From: Fonticula alba ATCC 38817
Lineage: Eukaryota > Protista > Nucleariida
Reading direction: 5' to 3' (one strand)
Length of the DNA: 64,000 nt
Assembly (NCBI GenBank): GCA_000388065.2
Contig: KB932209.1
Shown piece by piece: positions 24,289-37,130 of this stretch; position 1 is the first letter of the stretch, and every line of letters begins with the position of its first letter. The notes beneath the pieces were generated by a model. That model saw only the letters and a list, made by a program, of their open reading frames with translations. It ran no database searches and had not been told where the DNA came from. Both the position numbers and the translations under genes were made by a program.

Positions 24289-24578
24289 ATGCTGCTCCGG
24301 CTGCTGTACCCGACATCGGACTCCTACGATGACATCTCCTCGCTGGAGTACCTGGTCGCGCACTCGTCCTCCACCACCAGCGAGCTCTTCCCGGCCGAGC
24401 CCCAATCACCCGGGATCCACACCGCATATGGCCCGGCCCGAGTCCAGCAGGCGGCGGCCGCGGCGGCAACCTTTGCCCTCGAGCCGGAATCCGACGCGTC
24501 GCGCTGGCGCTGTGCCGTCATCTCGGCCGTGGTCATCGGGCCGGATGTCTTGCTGAATCCGGCGGCCACCCCCCGGTC

Positions 24579-24622
<44 letters not shown>

Positions 24623-26982
24623 CCTCACCGACCCTCATCCGGCACCGGTCCCGGGCATCCTCCATTTGCAGTGACTCAAGTGGGCGGTCTTTGGCCACCC
24701 CGACCCCGGGCCCCGGGTCACCGGTCCCTGGGATGGCCGGATCCCCGCGCGCCGACCCGCTGCCGGACCTGGGCCCCCCGCTGCAGTCACCGCACCAGCA
24801 CCACCACCTGCAGGCACATCAATTGCTGTTATCGCCCACTTCGCCGGGGCCAGGGGCCGTGGCCGCTGCCGGGGGCCGTCGGGCCTCCTCGGCCTCCGGC
24901 CGCTCGGTCGGCTCGGCTCGCAGCCCTCTCGGTGGGTCTCGGGACTGGGGCCTTGCCAGCGATCCGGCGGCCCGGGCAAAGCCCCGTCGGCATCGGTGGA
25001 TCGCCGTGGTCAAAATGGCCGACGGCACACAGCAGACCATGTACCTTCGTCGGCCGGCATGCGCACGCATCGAGCGCCTGATCTTGTCGCTTGCCGAGAA
25101 TGATGACCAGCGCCGAGCGCTGGCCGCCTCCTCCGGCCGTGCTACTGGCCGGGTGCCTCATGGCTGCCCGCCGCCGGTGACCGGCATGGAGCAGTCCCCG
25201 CCGAGCTACCTGCACCAGCTGACCGACTTCCTGGCCAGCATGCCGGATAGCGGGGCCAGCAATGGCGAGGCACATCCCCTGGTGCGCCTTCGCCGGCAAT
25301 ATGACGCATGCGTGGCGGCCGCCACCGGGGCCACCGACACCGACACCGACACCGACAGCAAGGCCCCGGCTTCCTCCGGGCCGGCCGCTGCCCCACTCAC
25401 CATGGACGATGGTGCTGGTGGTAATGTCAGCATCATCGGCGATCGATCGGCCGCGGTGGCAGGCTCCGGGCCGGTCGGCAATGCGACTGCCCCCGCAAGT
25501 GCACCTGTCCCGGCGCCATCCGGGCGCGACGAGCACCGCCGCACTCAGCCGGCGGTCCTGAGCAAATTCGGCCGGCTCTTTGGCATCCTGACCACCGATC
25601 CCGGGAGCGAAAGTGACGACGACCAGATCCCCACCTCGGTGGCAGCGGCCCCCTCCCCGGCAGCGGCCACCACTCGGCCAGCCCAAACCCTGCGCGACAT
25701 CCAAGCCGCCAATGCCGCCACCGCGCGGCGTCTACTCCAAAGCCTGTCGCCCTTCCATCTGTCCACCGAGCCGGCTACCCTGCTGGATCCCGACTGGCAG
25801 CTGGTCGAAAGGGACCAGGACTCGGTGCCCTTCCTGCCGGCGTCCCAGGCACCCGGGCAATCACTGCGCCTGGCCCAAAATGAGCTCCTGGACTTGACCA
25901 TGGCACATGTGGTATCGGGCTTGCGTCTGCCACAGACGCATTCCCTGTGGCTGGCACAGTCAACCAGCCGGCGAATCAGCCAGCAAGCCCGGCGTCTGAA
26001 CCAGTCGGTGGCCACGGCACAGACGCGTGTCGGTCGCCTGGAACGCCGGTTGCGCCTCCTGCGCGGGGCCTTTGTTCGGGTGATCATCGGCTGCTGCTCG
26101 TCCACGGCCTTCCTCGGGGCCGGGAAGCCCTGTCCATACCGGCCGTCGCGGTACTTCTCCCGGCGGGGTGCTGGCGCTGGGGCCGGGCGCCGGCGATCCA
26201 TCGAGGCCATCCTGCAATCATCGCAGCAGGCCAATGCCACAGCGCATGCTGGCGGCGCCGGCCGGCCGCGCACCGCCCGGCGCGAATCCATCCTGGACTC
26301 CACCGAGCTGGCCGAGCGAAATGCCTGCACCCGGGGCCCGGCCCTGCGTGGGGCGCCCATGGGGCTGCTTTTTGCCATGTTGAGCCGCCGGTCGACCGCT
26401 GGCACATCGCCGCGTCTGGTTGATCTGGCTGGCGGCCAGCCGAATGACCTGCTGGTGGATGCCGGGACCTCCTTGGACACCGACATCGACGAGCTGAACA
26501 CCCTGTTGGAAGCGGCACAGGGCGTGGTCGACGGCCTGCGCGACCGGTCGGCCCCCATCAGCACCGGGCCCGGGCGAAGTGCCATCCCCTCCCCGGGCTC
26601 GCGCTCTGGACGGATCCGGCCCGGCCGCGGAACGGTCTCCGAGGCAACCACCCTGACTCCGGCCCAGGCCTGGTGGCTGCATTGTCTGTGCGACTGCATC
26701 ACGCTCACGCTGTCGGCCAAGATCGACGGCCCGGCCCTGGTGTCGAGCCTGAGCCTGGATGAGGAGGACTTCATGGCCCCGGGGCGCGATGGGGAGACCG
26801 TGTGCTCGCGCGAGGCGGCGCACCTACTGTCGCTGGCTCGCCTGAAGCGGGACCTCATCTTCCGGGCGATTCTCGTGTATCAGGAGGCTCGAGCGGCCAT
26901 TCGGACGGAGCTCCGCCGCCGGGCGACTCCCGGTGCCGCTGGCACCAGTCCCCTGGGCGGGGTGGGTGCTGGCCTCGGCCCT

Positions 26983-27014
<32 letters not shown>

Positions 27015-29325
27015 TTCGGGCCCCCCCTCACCACGGCGCTTGTCCCCGGCGGGGGGGCCCACCGCCGGGAGGCGCCCGGCAGCCAATGACACCAAGCTCA
27101 TCGCCTCGCCACAGAGGTCGCCTCAACAGCCCTATCAGTCGCAGGGCTCGCAGACGTCCCAGCCGTCACAGCAGTCCCCCTTGTGGAGCATGTTCTTCGA
27201 TCGTCGAAGTGGTGGGTCCACCACCACCATCAGCAACAGCGGCAGCAACAACGGCAGTGGCAGCTCGACGCCCTCCGCGGCATCCTCTCCCGCACTCCTG
27301 CCCGATGCGCCATCGGCGCTGGTCGCTGGTGGGGCCCCGTCGGATCGCGGGCTCACGCCTGTGCCCAGCCTCAAGAAGACCCTCTCCGGCTTGCAACTTT
27401 TCTCCTCTTCACAACCGCCGCCGCCGCCGCCGCCGCCGCCGCAGCCGGGCGCCAGCGGGTCGCTCAATCTCCTGGCCAAGTCCCCGCCGGCCACCTCGAC
27501 CAACCTGCTGCCCTTGAGTGCGAGCACCCGGCTGGCCATGGGAGGCGGCGCCTCGGCCGGCCCCACGCCACCAGGCTCGTCGCTCGGCTCGCCGGCTGGA
27601 ATGTCCCCTGCACTGGGCGGGACTCCGATGCCGGTGGCCGGCCAAGTGGTCCCCTTTTCCCTCCCCCAAAAGTCCCCCCCCTCAACCAGCGCCTCGCTTC
27701 TGATCTTTTCCGGTCACCCCGCCTCGGGGAATGATCCCCTGTCGCCGAGCCAGGGCCAAGCTTCGAACCCCCCTGCGGCGACATCGGCACCGGCTCTGGT
27801 TTGCCCGCCGGAGGAATCGCTTCTCGCCGCGGCCTTGACCCTGCCGTGGGACCCTCCAGCGGAGATGGAGGCCTCCCCCTTGCCTGGCTCGCAGCTCCCG
27901 CCACCGGCCTACCTGGGCACCCAATCCTCCCCGGCCTCTTCGTCCGGCTCGTCCGGCTCTTCGAGCTCGAGCTCGAGCTTCGACTTTGATCTGTTGCGCC
28001 TGCTTCGTCGGCATCCAGCCCCGAATTTGTCCACCGTGCAGGAGTCCCCTCATGAGGTGGACCCCTTGGCCGGGGGGGCCAATGTCACGCGGTCGATGGG
28101 CATCCCCACCCCCGGGGGGGGAGCCTCGCTGACCGGGTCGCCGCTTCTGGATGCCGCCCTGTCCAGCTCGCTCTCGGCCACACTGGCGGCACGACCCCCG
28201 GCACCCGACTTGCCCACCCTGTCATCCTCCCTGCCGACAGCCATGTCACCGTCCTTTGTGCAGATTACGGCCGCGGCGGCGACCTCCCCCCCGGTTGAGG
28301 GGGAATCCGGGGCCGACCTGGCCGACCTGCCGGATCAACTGGCTCAGGCCGAAGTTTTCCACCCACTGGTGGATGACATCTTTGTGCGCTTTGTCACCTA
28401 CCGGGAAGAGCTCCTGCGCACACGCAAGGCTGTCAACAATTTGCGCACCTCACTGGCCACCATGGCCACCATGGCCACCGAGATCAGCGGCGCCTTCGAG
28501 AGCCTGGAAGACGAAACCGATGTCGCCCGGAATCAGCTCGTGGCGCGCCAGCTCCAGCGCATTTCCTCCTCGGCCTCCTCACTTTCCGCTCCCGAGCCTG
28601 GGCCGTCTTCCGGCGAACGGGCACCGGCCTTCGTCACGGGGGCCACGCCCTCGACTCCGCCGCGACCCGGGGGCGGCACTGTCGACTGGGACCCGGCGCT
28701 GGATGAGTCGCGCTCCGGCACTTCAGTATCGGCCACTGGCAGCCCGCCATTGCCCTCCAGTTCGACGGGCCTGGCGGCCTCGCCGGCCACCGGCGCCACC
28801 CCTTCGTGCGATCCTGTGCGCTCGACCGACGAGAAGTTCTCCCCGATCAAGCTCCATCGCGGGGTGACCCTGGCCCCGCTCGATCCGTATGCCCTGCTGA
28901 GTGTGCGCGCCCCGCAACTGATGAACCAGGTTACCATCGCCGCCATTGCCAAGGCCCCGGACTCGGTGCTGTTGGCCGGGCGAAGCAAGCCCCCAATTCA
29001 GGGACCGCCGCCGACATCCAAGGCAGAAGCTGGCGTGCCTCCTTCCCCGAGACCCGAGGGCGTGGCAACGCCCCCCAAGTCGGGGGACCTGCCCCCGTCC
29101 CAAGTGCCCCGGGTGGATCATGCCCTCGCGCCGGCTGCCCAAACCCCCTCGCCGCCTCTCATGGCCGGCCGGGTGCTGGACTCGGCGTCCGGACGCCTGG
29201 CGCACATTCCCGCGCCACTCGCCGCAGTGCGAGGCTCTCCCTCCCCCCCGGCAATGGGATCACCCTCGGAGCCTCTGCCCGGGCATCGGTCACAGGACCC
29301 CGCCCCCACCTCGGCTGCCTCATAA
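24289..29325 (+). CDS. Hypothetical ~1680-aa low-complexity protein, apparently single exon; possible divergent PX-like N-terminal domain and helical/coiled-coil blocks
   Basis: A 5-kb uninterrupted ORF without the poly-C/(CA)n tracts that mark introns here; first plausible ATG at 24289 (MLLRLLYP). No family recognised with confidence. Confidence 0.7.
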
Positions 29326-29756
29326 TCCCCGGGCCTCTGGCTGTTGTTGTCCGACCCCCCTCCGCCCCCTTCCTCCCTCTTTCCTTGGCCCATAACTCAG
29401 TATCTGGGCGCTTCATGCGATTTTGACTGCTCGCCGGCCGGCCGGCCATGCCCTCTTCATCCATGCACACCCTCTTCTCACATTTTTTCCCTTGACCCTC
29501 CTTTTGTCTAGACTAGCAAAATACATGTGCCTCCAGCCGCCTACTCTGCATCACCTTCGCTGCCAGGCTGGCCACTGCAAATGGCCTGCGCCAGTGGGCC
29601 GCCCACGCTGTGCAGCAGAGACTGTCTTCTGCTGCCGGGGGCAAATGCAAATGATCAAAGGGGGTGGAGGGGGAGGGGGGGCTTTCATTTGCCACCCAGT
29701 ACATTCGGAACACCGGGTGGGCAGGTACTTGGCCGCAAATGACCGGCACATGTCGC

Positions 29757-32700
29757 TCAGAGCCCAAGGCCGAAGATCAGATCCGAGATCCGCTCGGCAG
29801 ATGCCACAGCGTCAGACTCGACATCGGGCACTGATTTGGCCTGCGCCCATTGTAGGAGCTCTTGTGAGGCAGCCTCCAGATCTCGGAGATAGATCGTGTC
29901 ACATTCTGTGATTCGAGGTGGGGCCAGGGGGTGCAAGGGGGTGAGGATCGCCGAAGGGGGAAAGCAAAAGAGAGGACGATCACGGAGGAAAAGGCAAACC
30001 AATGGGGGGGGGGGGGGGTGCGCCGGGAGGGACGGAAGCCCGCACATACCCTCATCAAGGCCGAGCCATTGGCGGACAATCCAAGAAACATACTGTGTCG
30101 GGTCGCGGGAAATGGCCGCGGTCATCGGAGGGCAGTCGTCTCTTCTGGCGGTGTCCCAGGTGCCGGGCTCCGGGGTGGACTCGATGTGCAGTGCCAAAAA
30201 CTGCCCCAACGTTTCGAGGGCCAGGGCCGAATACGGGGACGTCTTGGCCTCGGCGGCGAGGCGATCGACAAACAGCCGCATTTGGGCCCAATCCCCATCG
30301 GCCAAGGCATGCAGCTCCCCGATGTACCGATATGCGAATAGGGAGACCTGAAGGCAAGACCGCCATCCCGGCACATGTGTCAGTGAGTTGGACACCCGAC
30401 GAGGGGCACACAAGCAGAGGAGAGTGTGTGTGTGGGTGTGTGTGGGTGGCGGAATGCCATCGCGCGAACCTTCCCACGGGACTCGGAAAGTAAGCCCTCC
30501 AACGCGATGGAGGGGTGAATAGAAAAGGCGTGTGAAGCATGTCCCGACCCGGTGGACGACGAATAGGGACCAGTGCTCGACGATGCGGCAGGTGGGCTGA
30601 AGTATGACCGGGAGGTCTTCTCCGAGAAGAGCCGCACGAAGGCGCGCAACTTTTTGGCCAGCACATGGCAGTCCTTCCACACAGGATGCTTACTGCCTGC
30701 CAGCCATTGCGACTCTGGGGAATGAGCAAGGGGTGGCCTGTTAACAGGGGAGGACAGGAAGGAGAGGCGAGAGGGAGGGAGGGAGGGAGGGAGGGGGGGA
30801 AAGAAACACCAACAAACACAGAAGCACAGGAGCATAGGAAGAAGGGAGGAGCACGCAAGAAGCCGGGCAAAGACGCCGCGGACGCACCAGCAGCCACCAG
30901 GAACATGGGCTGCCCGGCCAGGGAGATGGGCAACTGACCGCCCGCTCGCCCGGCAAGATCACTAGCCGCCGGCCCCGGAGCTGGCCAGTGGATGTGGAAG
31001 ACCACCGGCCCAGGGGCAATGGTCAATGGGGCGATCAGCGGCTGAGGTCGGGCGTGGGTCTCCCAGCAAGTCGCAGGGTCGGCCTGGGTCTCGGCCTCGG
31101 GCAGAGCGGCCGCAGGATCTCCCGCGCCCAGGCCGCCCAAGGAGGCGGCCTCCAGCGCCTGGCGATGAAGCGATTGCGACAGGAGTGAGGCGCCATCGCG
31201 TGGCCCACCGGGAGTGGGCATCGGCCCCGGCAGCACGGGGAGCGCATCTTCCGGCACACCGGCCTCATGGGAAGAACCGACACCGGTTGGCTCCATTGAC
31301 TCACCACCGGCGAGGCCCAAACTGGGGCCAGGATCTGTGCCCGCCAGGGGGGCCGGGATTCCGGAAGGCTTTTCCGGCGGCGGCGGCGCCGGCGCCGGCG
31401 AGCGAGGAAGACGCTCGAAGGTGCAGTAGTTCCGCGCTCGCGCCGCGCAATTTGGCCGCCGGCTGTTCGGCGTAAAGTCGGACGTCTCGTCAAAGACAAA
31501 GGAAGAGTCGAGGATCTGATAGAAGCTACATCAGGCACCCCATGACCGACCGAGCGACATGAGAGGGGGGAGGGGGGGGGGGGTCAGAAACGGATGTCAA
31601 CACAAGATGGGCGGGGAAGAGGACACGGCCGCCTCCAAGGCCGAAAGTGGGCTGGAAGGTGACGGCCCCCGGGACCGGGGGGGTTGTCCCTTCAGCAATG
31701 GGGAGCGGGAAGAAGAGCTGAGAAAAGTCGGTGAGGGGCTGCGGCTGCGGGTGGGGGGGCGACAGGGGGGGGGGGGGGGGGGGGGGGGGGCAAGAAGAAC
31801 AGACGGCCAGGGTAGGCACCTCAAAATGTCCTGGAAGAGGGACTCCTCGGCGGCCTCGCGGGCCAGTTGAGCCAGGGACAGGTTTCGATGTCCGTCCTTC
31901 GAGGTGACGCCCTCACCGGCGGCCATGGCACGGATGACAATCGGCCTCCCGGAAAAGCCGGCATACAGGAGGGCACTGAGTGTGGCGGACATGTGCGCTT
32001 GGCAGATGACACGCCGGATGGGATCGATCTTTCGACCACCGAAAGGCAAGAGGGGTACAGGTGTCAGGTGTAGCGAGCGCAGGCGGAGGGTGTCGACATA
32101 GGGGGCGGAGGAGGGGGGCAGAGGGGCAGGGGGATGCTGGGAGCAAGGGAGAGAGCGCCAGGAGGAGGGGGGGGGGGAGGAGCAGCGGAGGCCTGACGCA
32201 CACAGATATCGAACCAGAGGCCCGCCAGCTGGCGAACATGCTCAATCCGGTGATTGCGGCAGGGAGGCGGTCTAACCAGCGATCCGGCCGGCAGGCCGCG
32301 GTAGTATCGGGCCATGGTCGGGGCGGATGCCTCGGCCAGGAGATCCGAATGTTGGGCCACCAGGTCCACCGTGCTAAGGAGACCATCACCAAGGGCCCCG
32401 CCGGGCTGCATGGACAGGATGCGCGCCATGAGCGGGCTTAAGGTCACGCGAGAAGAGGCACCCTCGCCGCTGTTGCCGTTGCTGCCACCCTGGCGGATTG
32501 AGTGGCCATCCAGACAATCGGCATGGCTTTCGCTGGAGCCGGGCCAGAAGAACTTCCCCTGCTCAATGGCTGTCGGGTCGAGCTTGGCCTCCTCCTGCTG
32601 GGACATGATCAGCAGCTGGACAAGCAGGTCAGAGTACTCATCGAGGGACTTCCGGAATGTGTGGGCAGGTTGAGACAGAGAGAGTTAAGGAGCACCAGTG

Positions 32701-33537
32701 GGAAGCACAAAGGGAGACGCAAAGGGGGCGGGATCGCCCTCGGCAGCACAGAGGGGAGGCCCAGGCATGGATGTCGGTGCTCGGGGAAACCTCTCTGGCT
32801 TCCGGGGAGGGGCGGAGCCGGGGGCAGGAGGCCCGCGTGGACAGACACTAAGAAGGATATGGTTCGAGCTCGGTCGGCGAGGTGGTCTCCGAGAAGAAAC
32901 AGATGATGTGGCCCTGACAAACGAAACCACGATCGGTCAGAGCACGCAAGAGACTCCCGGATTCGGTCGGCGCGTTGACCGACCGGATGAGTCGGTAGTA
33001 GAGAGTGGCCGAGTAAGGCAGCCCCCCGGGGCCCGGGTCGTCGTCCTGCGGCAGGGACTTGATGACGCTCTGGCCAACAGTCAAACCTCGCTCGATCTCC
33101 CCCACGATGAATCCCTTGATGAGGGCCAGTTTGACGAATTGCTCCGGCTCCGAGGGGTTCAGCGAAGTCAGGTACAGGTCCAGCAGGAAGTCCTCGCTGG
33201 CGGTTTGCGAGGAATCGAAGAGCTCATGCACCGAGCCAGGCTGTGTGGATGGGGGGGACTCGGTTGGGGGGGCTCCCAAGTGGTCCGTGGCTTCGCTGCT
33301 CGCCGGGGCGACGGCGTCGCAGGCCAGGCTGAAGGCGCTTGGCAGGTCCACGGGCCGATCGGCCGTCGACAAGGGAGCCGCCAGTTGCTGGTGCTTCTGC
33401 AGGTGCCGGTGCTGCAGCGGCAGCATGGCGCTCAGAGGGCGCACGGGGTTGTAGCTGAAGATGACGAATCGGGCATTGGGCGAGGCCCCGAGTGGGGCGG
33501 GGCCCTCAGACTCGGAGCGTGGTGGGAACTCATCCAT
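29757..33537 (-). CDS. CCZ1-like longin-domain protein (Mon1-Ccz1 Rab7 GEF subunit family); confident exons 32648-32202, 32028-31820, 31525-30855, 30714-30470, 30347-30050, 29905-29757; 5' exons (33537 to ~32700) not fully resolved
   Basis: The six 3' exons splice in phase. RFVIFSYNP resembles the CCZ1 N-terminal SFFIYNP. The C-terminal SWIVRQWLGLDEECDTIYLRDLEAASQEL resembles the CCZ1 end (YWVVGK...RELYV...L.EV.EEV). Family call is from remembered motif similarity only. Confidence 0.5.
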
Positions 33538-34055
33538 CGCACCGTGACCGGGTCAGAGGGGGCTGGAGAAGAGGGGCCCGGGAGAGGATTGCCCGAAGAG
33601 AGGGAAGCGGGGGGNNNNNNNNNNNNNNNNNNNNNNNNNNNNNNNNNNNNNNNNNNNNNNNNNNGGGGGGCACACACAGAACCCGGCCGGGACACAGGCG
33701 GCCGCGCCGTCGAATGTAAAGGACAACGAGGGGGCTAGAGTGCCAACCCTCGCGGGTATATTGTACAAGGGGCGACAGGCGTGCGCGCGCGCGCGCACAC
33801 ACACCGGCCCAGCTGCTCTATGTGGTGTGTGTATGCGCGTGTGCGCGTGGGGTGGGGGCGCGCATGTGCGTCGCCGTACATGTGCGCGCGTGCAAGGGGC
33901 GTGTGTGTGCGGCTGCGCGCGGCGGCCCATTTCCGACGGAGGGCGCCATGCCCCACCGGGCCGAACAATGTACAAGGCCAGCAGCAGCAGCAGCAGCAGC
34001 AGCGGCAACAGCGGGGGAGAGCAGGGTGCCGGCCCATCGGCCACGCCTCGGCACA

Positions 34056-34731
34056 CTAGGCCGGCGATCCGACCAGCGCGCCGAGGCCCCGGCTGTTGAA
34101 GGCCGCCAGGGCGACCCCCACCAGGAAGGCCACCACTATGGAGACCAGCAGATGGGCGAGCGACATGCGGGCGATGCCGCCCCATTGGCGCCGGCCCCGC
34201 GAGGCAACCAGATTGCCCGACGTGGAGCCGCTCAGCGACGGCGGCCGCGGCAGGCCCGCCCGGGGATGCGTCTCCTTCTGCGCGGCGCGCACGCGTGCAA
34301 TGGCCGGCAGTGTGCGTGTGTGTGCGTATGCAGCCACCAAAAGGGGGGGCGAGGTCCATGGTTAGAGCCGGGCCGGGGAGAGGGGACTGGCGGGAGGGAA
34401 AAGCCAACCCGGCGCGCGGTCGAGCAGATGCCGGCGGGGCACCGGGCGTCGCACGCACAGAAACAAACAGCGCTGGGGTTGCCGGTCCGGAGGCCTCGGC
34501 CGCCGCTTCGGCCGGGGCGATTTCGAATACCGGCAAGTCGGACGAGGGTCCCGCCGGGATGGCGGCCGGCTCCGGCTTGGGCCCCGGCGCCGGCGGCAGG
34601 GCTTCCACAGGGGACGAGCTCTCGCTGCGCGGGGAGAGCGCCATCACGAAGCCCGGCGCACGGCCCGGCGCCATGGCCTGTGCCGGGGCATCACGCGGCT
34701 CGCCGGGCACTGGGGCCAGCGAAGACAGGCA

Positions 34732-34786
<55 letters not shown>

Positions 34787-35902
34787 GGGGGGGGGGGGGG
34801 GGAAGGGAAGAGGGGCCGAGCGAGGAGTGAGACAGGCGCACAGGCCCGTCCCCCCTCGCCGAGGGCCGGGAGGAGGTGTGCGAGGATGGTGGCGCGGCCG
34901 GGCCCCCGGCAGTGCGACAAAAGGCCGAGGCGCACGAGGGGGGCACGTACCAGGGCGGTCGTCCGCCTCGAGGGAGGTGTGAATCTTGAAGGAGGAGACC
35001 GACGTGGTGTCAGCCGTGGGCTCGGCATCATCCGGCTCGGACTCCTCGCCGGCTGAACTGCACTCCGGCGAGGACAACAGAAAGAGCGACATGGAACCGG
35101 AGCCGGCCAGGCTGGTGCCGCGGCTGCTGACAAAAGAAACATTCCGGTGCCGAGCCCTGAGCAGGGCTGCCGGCCGCGGCGACGCGCGTGCGCAGGGCGA
35201 CAGGGGGGGCGAGTGGATGTCAGGCGCCGCCGGGGCAGGGGGCTCGCATGGCGTGAGGTGGGGGAGAGACAGGCCTGGCAGGGCCGCCGCCACGCCGGGC
35301 CCCGGGGCCTGGCCCAGGAGCCCGGCTCCCAGCAGCAACAGTCGCAGGCTGGCCACGGCCGTCGCGCGCCGGGGCAGCACCGGCCCGCCCAGGAGGCTGG
35401 CCCATGGCCGGGCATCTGCCGGCGGCATGGCGCACGACTCCCCCCTGGCCGGGGGCCGGCCGGGCGCCGGTGCCGGCACCGGGGTCAGCGCGACTCGCGG
35501 AGGCGCCGGCCCGGTGGGATGGCGCGAGGCCAGCGGCAAGGGCGCCTCGTGGCCGGGCGCCGCGGACACCGGCGACGCGGGGCCCGAGGTCAGGCTGGCT
35601 CCAGCTGCGGCGACAGCCGCCGCCGCGATGGCCCCGCCGCTGGATGGCAGCAGGCGGATGGACTGCCGCGCGCGGTGCGCGTGCATGTGTGTGTGTATGT
35701 GTTGGGGGCGAGAAGGGAGAGGGCAGGGCAGGGGAGAGAGAGAGAGAGAAAAGGCGAACGGGCAAGGAGAAGGAAGAGGCGAGCAGCGGCGCGAAACAGC
35801 GGTCAGAAAGGAGCGGCGGACAAGCAAGCGACGTGGCAAACGGCCGCGCACCAAATCAACGAGCCTCATCCACCGGCGGCAGATGGCGGGGGGCGGACAC
35901 AG
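34056..35902 (-). CDS. Hypothetical Ala/Pro/Ser-rich protein with a C-terminal transmembrane helix (tail-anchored candidate); exons 35902-35852, 35662-34951, 34709-34459, 34277-34056; 5' end probably further upstream (~36300-36770)
   Basis: Four exons splice in phase using GTGCGC/GTACGT/GTGCGT donors and CAG acceptors; the second intron contains a long poly-C run. Ends ...RMSLAHLLVSIVVAFLVGVALAAFNSRGLGALVGSPA*. Confidence 0.55.
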
Positions 35903-36945
35903 CTATAAAGAAGCGGAACAAGAGGAGCACACGGGAGGCGGGATCGCGCCAGGGGGGCAGGGGGGCAGGGGGGCAGGGGGGGAGAAGACAGAAAGGCAGA
36001 CGGAGAAACCACTTCAAGGCCGAGGAAGGGCAGGAGGAAGATGGAAGGTAAAGGCTGAGCTTCACGGCCGGGCCCCCGCCAGGAGGCCTCAAGAAGAGCG
36101 TGCCTCGCCGGACTGGCCGGGGGGAGGAGAAGGCGGGGGCGGGGGGCATCCGGACGGCGGCACTGGCCCCGGATCCAGATCGCTGTCGGGAGGTCTGTGG
36201 AGCCCGAACTGGGGGATATTCCCGCCCTCCTTTCCGCCCCGGGCCCTCTCCCCCTCCTCCAAGCACGCCCTCGGGGGGACACCATCGGCCGGAGGGCGGG
36301 GCGAGATGGCGGGAAAAATAATACACAAATGCCCCATCATTGGCATCTGGAGGGACAAACAGCCGACGGAACAGTGTCCATCGGGCACGCGCTATCCCCG
36401 CGTGATCGGGGATTCCGTTTTCATTTTAAACTTTGCTCCGTCGCGCTTGGCGGCCGCCCACTCCGGTGGGTCCTCTGCGCGGACATGGCCGGGTGTGAAG
36501 CGGGGGCGGAGGCGGGGGCGGGGGATGCCCGTACGTGAGGAAGAAGGGGTCTGGGTGACAATCATAAGTAGCCCCTTGTCTTCCGAAGGAATTGCCCTCC
36601 TCCCGAGAAACGGCCATCGACCGGGGAGATGCCCGGGACGGGCGGGGGACAACAATGCGAATTTTGCCGGCAGGATGGGAGGTCCGAGACTGGGCAACTG
36701 GTGCCCCCTCCGGGGCACCTGGTAGCGCGATCCAGCAAACCGTCGCCAAAGGCCCTGATTCGGAGTTAAGGGAATGCTTCCTGCTGTAGAGTCAGCGCCA
36801 AACTCCAGACACCATCTCTTCTTTCCCCCCCCCCCCCCCCCCCCTCCTTCCCACACATACGCGCACACACCAATCACTTGCCCCGCACGCACGCTCCCCC
36901 ACAGCTTCACTTCCACCCATCCATACGCACATACTGGGGGATACA

Positions 36946-36977
<32 letters not shown>

Positions 36978-37130
36978 CCCACACACACACGCACACACGC
37001 ACGCACGCTTGCGCGACACACATCCACACACGCAGCTGTATAGCCACGCAGGCGCGATAGGGAATCTCCTTCGCGCAGCGAACAAGCGAGCACAGCTCAG
37101 GGACCGCGCCAGCGTCAGGCGGCGCAAGAC

